34,802 nucleotides of DNA from a virus (taxonomy: Duplodnaviria; Caudoviricetes), in the IMG/VR virus record IMGVR_UViG_3300048576_000499, positions 1 through 34,802 of that record; one strand, written 5' to 3'. Under the pieces are notes generated by a model, which was not told the DNA's origin, did no database searches, and was given only the letters and a program-made list of their open reading frames with translations. A program made the position numbers and the translations under genes. The number at the start of each line of letters is the position of its first letter. Positions within the stretch are counted from its first letter, which is position 1. Below are positions 17,288-24,798 of this stretch, piece after piece.

Positions 17288-17559
17288 ATGAACAGGCGCT
17301 ATACCAGGCGGCTATCGACAAGTGGGGCCAGGCCGCGCAGGTGCTGATGGCCATGGAGGAATGCGGCGAGCTTGTCGCCGCCTTGCCGCAGTATTTCTTC
17401 CGCGACCGGATCGCACGCGACGCACTTGCCAGCGAGATCGCCGACGTCGAAATCATGATCGGTCAGCTTCGCCTGATGGTCGGCGACAGCCTGGTCGATC
17501 TGGCGAAGGTCGAGAAGCTGATGCGGCTCAAGGCCCACCTGGAGGCCGGCCATGACTGA
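17284..17559 (+). CDS. MazG-like nucleotide pyrophosphohydrolase
   Basis: EECGEL...SEIADV acidic motifs of the all-alpha NTP-PPase family. Confidence 0.75.
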   Translation: MNEQALYQAAIDKWGQAAQVLMAMEECGELVAALPQYFFRDRIARDALASEIADVEIMIGQLRLMVGDSLVDLAKVEKLMRLKAHLEAGHD

Positions 17560-18013
17560 CCTGATCAAGCACTACCGCCAGTTGGTCGGCATCGCCAAGG
17601 GCTGGGCGCTCAAGAATCTGCCGGGCTGGAACGAGGACACCCACCGCGATCTGCTCACCCGGCACGGCGCGGTCATGATGGACGGCCGCGTGTCCGCCAG
17701 CACGATGAACGTGCCGCAGCTCGGCGCCGTCCTCGACGACTACGAGCGGCGCGGCTGGCCGCGCCACAAGCAGGTATTCCAGCCCGGCTGGCGCGGCACG
17801 TCCGCCCAATCGGTGCCGCCGCGCATCGCGCACCTGGTGCGCCTGTGGGGCAAGCTCGGCCAGGCCGGTAAGGTCGCCAGGGCCACGCGCCCGGCCTTGC
17901 TGGCCTTCTGCGCCCGCCAAGTGGGCCGCGAGGTGCCGGACCTGGACAGCTTGGCGGTCACCGAATGCCAGCGCATTACCGAAGCCCTCAAGGGCTGGCT
18001 CGGCCGGGAGTGA
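17552..18013 (+). CDS. gemA: GemA-like regulatory protein (DUF1018)
   Basis: RDLL...SASTM...QL..VLD...ITEALKGW; upstream of mor as in Mu. Confidence 0.75.
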   Translation: MTDLIKHYRQLVGIAKGWALKNLPGWNEDTHRDLLTRHGAVMMDGRVSASTMNVPQLGAVLDDYERRGWPRHKQVFQPGWRGTSAQSVPPRIAHLVRLWGKLGQAGKVARATRPALLAFCARQVGREVPDLDSLAVTECQRITEALKGWLGRE

Positions 18014-18021
18014 GGGGAAGC

Positions 18022-18498
18022 ATGAGACTGCCGCGCCACCGCCGGAGCCTGCCCGCCGCGCCGGCCCCCGTGCCGGAGAACGCCTGGCCTGTAGTCGACG
18101 AGGAACTGCTCAAGATGCTGCCCCCGGTCCTGCGGGCCGTGGTACGCGCCCTTGGCTTCGGCCGGGCGCGGGCATGGCTGACCGATCATGGCGGCGTCAA
18201 TGTCAGCATTCCGGCCTACCGCACCCAGGCGCTGGGGCTTTCGTCCGACGAACTGGCCCGCCTGCGCCTGACGCTGGCCCCGCACCTTGATTCAAACGGC
18301 CGCTGCACGATGTCGAAGGCCGACAAGCTTTTCAAGCTCGTGCGCGACGCGGAGATCAAACGCTCCAGAATGAGCATCAACGCGCAGGCCCGCCACTATC
18401 GTCTTTCGGCCAGGCAAATCGTCAACATCCGCCGGGAAGACGACGTGCTGGATGTCTATCAGGCCATCGACGACGAGGGGCAATTCAGGCTGTTTTGA
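18022..18498 (+). CDS. Mor/C-family transcription activator
   Basis: ALGF..A..L...GGVNVSIP, RDAEI, C-terminal HTH (ARHYRLSARQIVNI), QFRLF tail. Confidence 0.8.
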   Translation: MRLPRHRRSLPAAPAPVPENAWPVVDEELLKMLPPVLRAVVRALGFGRARAWLTDHGGVNVSIPAYRTQALGLSSDELARLRLTLAPHLDSNGRCTMSKADKLFKLVRDAEIKRSRMSINAQARHYRLSARQIVNIRREDDVLDVYQAIDDEGQFRLF

Positions 18499-18660
18499 CC
18501 AAATGGCCGAATATCAACCCCTGACGCTGCGACGCAAATGCCTCTCGTCGCGTTTGATGGCCATTTGAAAGCGCGTTTCGGACCGTCCGGAATAGGATGG
18601 CCGCAGGCGTAGGGGAAAAACGCCTCAGATCGCGTTTCTGGCGGTCTTCCAAAAAAGGTC

Positions 18661-18710
18661 GGGTGGGAAACATTTCCCATCCTGACTCAATTTCGTCCCA
18701 CGGCAAAAAT
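18661..18710 (+). promoter_or_regulatory. Late promoter for the head operon (box 18666-18677, -10 AAAAAT)
   Basis: TGGGAAA-CA-TTTCCCA dyad; hexamer at the same 27-bp spacing. Confidence 0.72.
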
Positions 18711-18737
18711 GCTTCCGTCGAATCAACGGAGCATGCC

Positions 18738-19784
18738 GTGTCCAAACCGCAATCCTTCCCTGGTCAAATCGCCGCCCTGGTGCTCGAACTCGGCACCGGT
18801 ACCGATTACCCGGAAGGCTGCAACGCCCACATTCTGCCGGATGGCCTGTTCCGCTCCGATGACGGCCGCCCGGCGAGTCTGACCAACGGCGCGCTGCTCG
18901 ACTGGAAGATGGATGCGGCCATCGCCGCAGCGCTGATCGCCGCGCTGGAGAAAAACGGCAAGCCGATCCTCTACGACTATGAGCACAACAGCCTGTACGG
19001 CGACAGCATCGCGGCCGGCTGGATCGACCGCCTGGTGTACGTGGCCGGGCGCGGCCTGTTCGCGCACGTCGATTGGGTCGATGACGCCGCCGAAGCCATC
19101 ACCAAGAAAAAGTACCGCTACAGCTCGCCGTGCTTCCTGTTCGATCCGAAGACGGGCGCCGTCATTCAGCTTTTGTCGGTGGCGCTCACCAACAACCCGG
19201 CGCTCGGCGACCTGGGCGCCGTCGATCTCGTGCGCCGCGCGGCGCTGTCCGCGATCCCGGTCGGCGCCCTGGCCAACCTGTTTCTTACCGCCGGGGGTAT
19301 TCCCGGTTCAACTATGGGAGACCTCGAAATGACTCCGGAGCAACTGGCCGCGCTTACGACCGAGCGCGATTCCTTGAAAACCAGCATGACGGCGCTGACC
19401 GCCGAGTGCGCCACCCTGAAAACCACGGTCGCCAACCTGACCACCGAACGCGACAAGGCGACGGCCGACCTCGCCGTGCTGCGCCAGGAAGTCGCCGACA
19501 AGGCCGCCGCCGACGAGAAGGCAAAGCACGCCGACCTGCTGGCCGCCGCGCTCAAGGATGGCCGCCTGCCGCCGGCGCAAAAGCCCTGGGCGGAGAAACG
19601 GTCGCTGGCCGAGCTGACCGAGTACCTGGAGGCGGTCAAGCCGCTGTCCATGCTGAACAAGCAGACCGAGGGACAGCCCGGCAAGCCCGGCGCCGCCGCG
19701 GCCGGCCAGCTCAGTGAGCAGGAACTGGCCATGTGCAAACGCATGGGCGTCACTCCCGAGGACTTCCTCAAGGCCCGAGGCTAA
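18738..19784 (+). CDS. Prohead protease I with C-terminal scaffold
   Basis: DYEHNS, AAGWI, YRYSSPCF, SVALTNNPAL; GTG start with GGAG SD. Confidence 0.9.
   Translation: MSKPQSFPGQIAALVLELGTGTDYPEGCNAHILPDGLFRSDDGRPASLTNGALLDWKMDAAIAAALIAALEKNGKPILYDYEHNSLYGDSIAAGWIDRLVYVAGRGLFAHVDWVDDAAEAITKKKYRYSSPCFLFDPKTGAVIQLLSVALTNNPALGDLGAVDLVRRAALSAIPVGALANLFLTAGGIPGSTMGDLEMTPEQLAALTTERDSLKTSMTALTAECATLKTTVANLTTERDKATADLAVLRQEVADKAAADEKAKHADLLAAALKDGRLPPAQKPWAEKRSLAELTEYLEAVKPLSMLNKQTEGQPGKPGAAAAGQLSEQELAMCKRMGVTPEDFLKARG
19329..19784 (+). CDS. Internal in-frame scaffolding protein (Mu Z-like)
   Basis: GGGAG SD then in-frame ATG (MTPEQLAALTT) at the start of the coiled-coil half. Confidence 0.6.
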   Translation: MTPEQLAALTTERDSLKTSMTALTAECATLKTTVANLTTERDKATADLAVLRQEVADKAAADEKAKHADLLAAALKDGRLPPAQKPWAEKRSLAELTEYLEAVKPLSMLNKQTEGQPGKPGAAAAGQLSEQELAMCKRMGVTPEDFLKARG

Positions 19785-19838
19785 GGCTGTAAGCCAGCAG
19801 CTCCGGCAGTTCCCACTCATTTCATCAGGAGAATCACC

Positions 19839-20753
19839 ATGGCAGGTCCGCTCACCCAGGCGCAAATCGATGCGCTCAACACCACGATCAAGGCGCGTTT
19901 CAACAAGGGGTTGGCACAGAAGAAGGAAGACTGGCGCAAGGTCGCCAAACCTATCACCAGCGATGGCGGGTCCAACACCTACGAATGGCTGTCGGCCTTC
20001 CCGGCCTTCCGCGAGTGGGTTGGCTCACGCACGCACAAGGTGGCGAAGGAAACCGCCTTCACGGTCAAGAACCGCAAGTTCGAGAACACGCTCGACATCC
20101 CGGTCGAAAAGGTCGAAGACGACGAGTACGGCATGTACGGCGACGTCTCGGAAAGCTACGGCGAGTCGGTCTATGACCTGCAGAACGATCTGGTTTTCGG
20201 CCAGGTGGCGGCGGGTTTCTCGACGGTGTGCTACGACAGCCAGTTCTTCTTCGACACCGACCATCCGGTCTATGCGAACGAAGACGGCACCGGGGCGGCG
20301 ACCACGATCAGCAACCTGCAGGAGGGCACCGGCGAGCCGTGGGCATTGCTCTGCACGGCGCGCGCGCCGCAGCCTTTCTATCTGCAGGAGCGGATCAAGG
20401 CGCAACTCGTCGCGAAGACCAATGCGGCGAACAGCGACGGTGTTTTCGAGAACGACATGATCAGCTACGGCGGACGCTGGCGCGGCGAGGCGCTGTGTGG
20501 CTTCTGGCAGCTCGCCTTCGGTTCCAAGGCCACGCTGAACGTCGAGAACTTCAACGCCGCCTTCAAGGCGATGATGAAGTTCAAGGGCGATGGCGACCGC
20601 ATCCTGGGCATCGTCCCCAATCTGCTCGTCGTCGGCCCGGACAACATGGCGGCGGCCGAGGAACTGCTGAAGGCCGTCACCAAGGCCAACGGCGCCAGCA
20701 ACACCAACTACAACAAGGTCGAGCTGTTCGTCTCGCCCTGGATGGCCCTTTAA
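19839..20753 (+). CDS. Major capsid protein (Mu gpT)
   Basis: NTYEWL..FP.FREWVG, CYDSQFFFDTDHPV, GFWQLAFGS. Confidence 0.95.
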   Translation: MAGPLTQAQIDALNTTIKARFNKGLAQKKEDWRKVAKPITSDGGSNTYEWLSAFPAFREWVGSRTHKVAKETAFTVKNRKFENTLDIPVEKVEDDEYGMYGDVSESYGESVYDLQNDLVFGQVAAGFSTVCYDSQFFFDTDHPVYANEDGTGAATTISNLQEGTGEPWALLCTARAPQPFYLQERIKAQLVAKTNAANSDGVFENDMISYGGRWRGEALCGFWQLAFGSKATLNVENFNAAFKAMMKFKGDGDRILGIVPNLLVVGPDNMAAAEELLKAVTKANGASNTNYNKVELFVSPWMAL

Positions 20754-20764
20754 CGCATACAACC

Positions 20765-20826
20765 CCGAGAGCGCCCCAGCGACCCCCCGGCGGGATTGTC
20801 CGCCGGGGGCTGAAGGCTCGGCTCGG
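20765..20826 (+). other. Long GC-rich stem-loop downstream of the capsid gene
   Basis: Core CCCCCGGCGG/CCGCCGGGGG (20784-20809), with outer CAG/CTG, GCC/GGC and CCGAG/CTCGG pairings; no U-tract. Confidence 0.65.
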
Positions 20827-20840
20827 CAGGAGATCGAACC

Positions 20841-21206
20841 ATGAAAACCCTTTACGTGCGCATCCGGCAGAAGGCAGTCGTCGAGGCTTTCTTCCGCTGC
20901 GCGATGAAGTTTTCCAAGGCGTGGCGCAAGGTCGAGGACGTCGACGAAGCCACCGCCAAGCGCCTGGAAGCCGAGCAGATGCTGGAGGTGTCGGAAACGC
21001 GCCCGGATGACATGGAGGATGACTCGGCAGGTGATAGCGCCAGTAATGTCCCGGTCACCGGCGGTTCCGACACCCCGGCGGCTGCACCAGCCGATACGGC
21101 GGACGATTCCGACACCCCGGCGGCTGCACCGGCCGATGCGGCGGGCGAATCCGCCACCGTGCCGGATGCCCCAGTCAAGGCCAAGAGCAAGAAAACGGGC
21201 AAGTAA
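20841..21206 (+). CDS. HI1506/Mu gp35-like protein with low-complexity tail
   Basis: FFRCAMKFS...RLEAEQMLEV; follows the capsid gene. Confidence 0.75.
   Translation: MKTLYVRIRQKAVVEAFFRCAMKFSKAWRKVEDVDEATAKRLEAEQMLEVSETRPDDMEDDSAGDSASNVPVTGGSDTPAAAPADTADDSDTPAAAPADAAGESATVPDAPVKAKSKKTGK
21065..21148 (+). repeat. In-frame 42-bp tandem duplication
   Basis: 21065-21106 vs 21107-21148, 39/42 identical; encodes SDTPAAAPAD twice. Confidence 0.9.
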
Positions 21207-21704
21207 ATGACCTTCGCCTCCCGTTCCGATCTGCTGGCGCGCAGCAACGCCCGGCGGCTCGTCAATCTGGCCGTGCCGGCCGACATGATGATGCCGCCGG
21301 ACGATGCCCTGCGCGTGGCCATCGCGGGGGGCGATCTGTCCGGTTATCCCGTCGATGTGCAAGCGGCGCTCTCCGGCGCGCTGGACGCCATCGACAAGGC
21401 GCTGGCGGACGCCGATGCGCTGATCCTCTCCTACGGCATCCCGGCGACGGTACAGACGACGCTGCTGGCGCGCCTGGCCTCGACCGTGGCGCTCTACTAC
21501 CTGCAGGGCGCCGAGCGCATGACCAAGGAAGTGCAATCGGCCTACGACGGGGTGGTCGCCACGCTCAGGGCGCATGCCGAGGGGCGGCTGAACCTGATTC
21601 CGGCGGAACCGTCCGACCCGGTGCCGTCCGACGACGTGGCGATCATCGAGAGCGGGCCGTCGCGCTACGGCCGCACGCCCTGGCCGTTGGAGGATTGGCC
21701 GTGA
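21207..21704 (+). CDS. Head-tail adaptor (Mu gp36 / DUF1320)
   Basis: MTFASRSDLL...ALADADALI.SY...A.YYL...Y pattern; synteny. Confidence 0.8.
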   Translation: MTFASRSDLLARSNARRLVNLAVPADMMMPPDDALRVAIAGGDLSGYPVDVQAALSGALDAIDKALADADALILSYGIPATVQTTLLARLASTVALYYLQGAERMTKEVQSAYDGVVATLRAHAEGRLNLIPAEPSDPVPSDDVAIIESGPSRYGRTPWPLEDWP

Positions 21705-22198
21705 TCTCGCTGACGCCCGTCATCAAGCATTTGCGGCCCGCGCCGGCCGGCTTCGTCTGGCCGTGGTTCCGCCAGGTGGGCGGCGCGGCCGAGTATGCGC
21801 AGATTCGGCCGGATGCGCTGCCGCTGCCGGCCGCCTGGATCGTGCGCGCGGCGGATCGCGTCGAGCATGCCGGCGAGCGCGCCGAGAACGTGACGCTGGC
21901 CTTCGACGCGGTGATCGCCATAGAGAACGTGCGCCGCCACGCGGACGGCGACACCGACGACATCCTGCTGGCCTACCGCCTGGCGGTGAAGGAGCGGCTG
22001 CTCGGCTGGGAGATTGAGCCGGGCGTGCGGCCGCTCAAGTTCGGCGGCGGGCAGGTGCTCGAATACACGGACGGCGACCTCTATTGGCGCGACCGCTACC
22101 TGTTCGACGCGCTGATTACCAATTACCTGCCGGACCCGGAGCCGGTTTTCTCCGGCATCAACCACATGGAGGCGAACGCCGATGACCATTACCTTTAG
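21701..22198 (+). CDS. Neck / tail terminator protein (gp37-like)
   Basis: VGGAAEY, PAAWIV, LLGW, GG.VL....LYW.D.Y; just before the sheath gene. Confidence 0.72.
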   Translation: MISLTPVIKHLRPAPAGFVWPWFRQVGGAAEYAQIRPDALPLPAAWIVRAADRVEHAGERAENVTLAFDAVIAIENVRRHADGDTDDILLAYRLAVKERLLGWEIEPGVRPLKFGGGQVLEYTDGDLYWRDRYLFDALITNYLPDPEPVFSGINHMEANADDHYL

Positions 22199-23657
22199 CG
22201 AAGTCCCCGCCGCCCTGCGCTATCCGGGCGCGTATGTCGAGATCGACGGCAGCCTGGCCGGCCTGGGCGACGGCCTGCCCATCGTGCTGCTGGTCGGGCA
22301 GAAGCTACCGACCGGCACCGCGCCGGCCGGGGAGATCGTGCTGCTCTCCGGCGTGCAGGACGCCATCGACAAGGCCGGCGAGGGCTCGATGCTGGCGCAG
22401 ATGGCCGCCGCCTACCGCGAGGCCGATTCGACCTTCGACCTGTACATGCTGCCCTACGCCGACAACCCGGCCGGCGTGGCGGCTACCGGTACGTTGACGG
22501 TGACCTCGGCGGCGACCGACGACGGCACGCTGTACCTCTACATCGCGCAGCGCGCCGTCAGCGTGGGCGTTTCCGCCGGCCAGACGCCGGCACAGATCGC
22601 CACGGCCATCGCCGCCGCGATCACGGCCAAGGGGCCGGATGTACCGGTCACGGCAGCGGCGGCCGGCGCCGTCGTCACGCTCACCGCGCGGCACAAGGGC
22701 ACGTGCGGCAATGCCATCGACCTGCGCCTCAACCTGTACGGCGAGGATATGCCCGAGGGGCTGGTGATCACCCTGGCCGCGATGGAAGACGGCGTGGGCG
22801 ACCCGGACCCCGGCGACCTCACGGCGATCCTGGGCATGCAACGCTGGTACCGCTACGTGGCGCTGGGCATCAACGGCAATGCCATGCTGGCCGCCTGGCA
22901 TGCCGAGAGCCGGGCGCGCTACAAGCCGCCAGTGCAGGCCGGTTTCCGCGCCTTCACGGCCTTCCGGGGCGACTACGCCAGCGCGGTGGCCTACGGCGAG
23001 AGCAAGAACTACGAGCATATCTGCGCGCTCTCGCTCGAACACAACCCGCCGACGACGTGGGAAGCCGCCGCCTGCCTGGCCGGCGCCGCCGCCAAGAAGC
23101 TGTGGAACAACCCGGTGATTTCGCTCGAAGGCACCGAGCTGCCCGGCCTGGTGGGGGCCAGCTACTTCGACTGGACGAACAGCAACAGCCTGCTCTACAA
23201 GGGCATGTCGCTGATGGAAGTCGGCACGGACGGCACCTGCTACATCAAGCGGCTGATCTCGATGTACCAGACCCGTTCGGACGGCAGCACCGACGATGCC
23301 TATCTCGACATCAACGTCGCCGAGGTGATGGAGCGCATCCGCTACGAGCAGCGCATCGGCGCCATCCAGCGCTTCCGTGGCACGGTGGCGGCCAAGACGA
23401 ACGAAGGCTACCGGCCCGGCTTGCCGATCACGACCGAGGACAGCGTGCGGGCGTACCTGCTCTCGCTCTACAAGAACGACCTGATGGCCGAGAAGGGCTG
23501 GGTGCAGGCGTATTCCTACTACAAGGAAAACCTGATCGTCGAGCAGAACGCCGACAACCCGAGCCGCTTCGATTACCGCGACGATCCGGTCATCAACTCG
23601 CCGTTCTACATCCTGGCCGGCCGCAGCCGCTTCCGCAAGGCCGTGCCGACGTACTGA
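22182..23657 (+). CDS. Tail sheath protein (Mu gpL)
   Basis: ITFSEVPAALRYPGAYVEID, GSMLAQM, VTLTARHKG.CGN.I, DDAYLDI. Confidence 0.93.
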   Translation: MTITFSEVPAALRYPGAYVEIDGSLAGLGDGLPIVLLVGQKLPTGTAPAGEIVLLSGVQDAIDKAGEGSMLAQMAAAYREADSTFDLYMLPYADNPAGVAATGTLTVTSAATDDGTLYLYIAQRAVSVGVSAGQTPAQIATAIAAAITAKGPDVPVTAAAAGAVVTLTARHKGTCGNAIDLRLNLYGEDMPEGLVITLAAMEDGVGDPDPGDLTAILGMQRWYRYVALGINGNAMLAAWHAESRARYKPPVQAGFRAFTAFRGDYASAVAYGESKNYEHICALSLEHNPPTTWEAAACLAGAAAKKLWNNPVISLEGTELPGLVGASYFDWTNSNSLLYKGMSLMEVGTDGTCYIKRLISMYQTRSDGSTDDAYLDINVAEVMERIRYEQRIGAIQRFRGTVAAKTNEGYRPGLPITTEDSVRAYLLSLYKNDLMAEKGWVQAYSYYKENLIVEQNADNPSRFDYRDDPVINSPFYILAGRSRFRKAVPTY

Positions 23658-23681
23658 TCCCGTCACAGAAAGGACTGACTT

Positions 23682-24044
23682 ATGGCGCAACTCACCAACA
23701 TCCGTACCGTCTCGGTACCGTCCATCGGCAAGCTGCCGTTGGCGGAAAAACCCGGCACCTTCACGCCGAGCGGCACCAAGCGCGAGCACAAGGCCGGCCG
23801 CCTGCCGGAAGACGGCGGCTATACGGAGGCCGGCACGCCGGCCAAGCTGGAACTCTCGGTCAATCTGGTGCCCGGCATCGACATCGACGCGCTCAACGCG
23901 ATCAAGGATGAAGACGTCACGGTGCGCTTGTCGGACGGCAGTGTGTACATGCTGTCGCAAGCCTTCGCGGCGGATACCGTGGCGGTCGGCGACAGCGAAA
24001 GCAAGCTGACGATCATGGCCAACGAATCCGAGCGCATCAGCTAG
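23682..24044 (+). CDS. Tail tube protein
   Basis: 120 aa directly after the sheath; GTFTPSG..RE motif. Confidence 0.82.
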   Translation: MAQLTNIRTVSVPSIGKLPLAEKPGTFTPSGTKREHKAGRLPEDGGYTEAGTPAKLELSVNLVPGIDIDALNAIKDEDVTVRLSDGSVYMLSQAFAADTVAVGDSESKLTIMANESERIS

Positions 24045-24047
24045 GCC

Positions 24048-24275
24048 ATGTCGAACTGCCTGTTCTTCGCCCTGTGGATGTGGTTCAGGCACCCGGACAG
24101 CTATCTGCTGATCCGGCGCAGCACGTATTACCCCGGCCCGCATTTCCTCTGGGGGCGGCGGCAGCGGAACGGGCACTGGCGCGTGCTGCATTACGTGCCG
24201 GTGCAGCCGAAACCGCGGTTGATTCCGCCGCCGCTCTTTCGAGGGCACCTGCGCTACGGCGATTCCAGACCTTGA
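24048..24275 (+). CDS. Small basic/aromatic hypothetical protein inserted between tube and chaperone
   Basis: SNCLFFAL..W...YL.IRRS....PHFLW...YVP...PP.LFRG...GD; exact fit in the gap. Confidence 0.6.
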   Translation: MSNCLFFALWMWFRHPDSYLLIRRSTYYPGPHFLWGRRQRNGHWRVLHYVPVQPKPRLIPPPLFRGHLRYGDSRP

Positions 24276-24293
24276 CCCTTCCAGGAAACCACG

Positions 24294-24581
24294 ATGAAAC
24301 ATCCCCTCAAGCATCCGCTCACCTTCGGCAAGAAGACCGTCGATTCCCTGACCTTCCGCGACTACACGGTAGCAGGCGACTACCTGGCCTTCGACCAGCG
24401 CGGCGGCGTGGCGCAGCGGATTGCGCTGATCGCCAGCCTGACCGGCACCGACGAGAGCCTGATCCGCCAGCTGCGCGGCCCCGATTACCGGGCCGCCGAG
24501 AAGATCGCCGACGATCTGATCCAGGCCGACGAAGCCGAGGCCGGCGAGGATGCCGCGCAAAAAAAGCCCTTAGAATCCTGA
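24294..24581 (+). CDS. Tail assembly chaperone (G)
   Basis: LKHPL....LTFR...D, between tube and tape measure; ends just after a slippery site. Confidence 0.85.
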   Translation: MKHPLKHPLTFGKKTVDSLTFRDYTVAGDYLAFDQRGGVAQRIALIASLTGTDESLIRQLRGPDYRAAEKIADDLIQADEAEAGEDAAQKKPLES

Positions 24582-24706
24582 CCGCCGTGGGGCTGCTGAT
24601 GCACGTGATGCATCAGCCGCTACCCGTGATCGAGGCGCTGCCGCTGGCCAAGCTGTATATGCTGGCCGATCTGGCCGCCATCATGAGCGGCAGGAAGTTC
24701 AGGTAA
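24560..24706 (+). CDS. -1 frameshift extension of the chaperone (GT)
   Basis: A AAA AAG at 24560-24566 in the correct phase; -1 frame open to 24706 (ALRILTAVGLLMHVMHQP...). Confidence 0.8.
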   Translation, partial: KKALRILTAVGLLMHVMHQPLPVIEALPLAKLYMLADLAAIMSGRKFR

Positions 24707-24720
24707 TCCCGTCGAGGCCG

Positions 24721-24768
24721 GCAGGAAACATTTCCCGCCTGCCGGTAGCCAGCCCGGCCGAATAAGCT
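24721..24768 (+). promoter_or_regulatory. Late promoter for the tape-measure operon (box 24724-24735, -10 TAAGCT)
   Basis: GCAGGAAACATTTCCCGCCTG; hexamer at 27-bp spacing. Confidence 0.75.
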
Positions 24769-24798
24769 CCAGTCACCCTTGGGTCTGGAGCTTTTTTC

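Noticed and set aside
21065-21148. Repeat pair differing only at adenines, suggestive of a DGR template/variable pair
   Set aside because: Directly tandem, only three A/G transitions, in a low-complexity linker, and no reverse transcriptase in the window.
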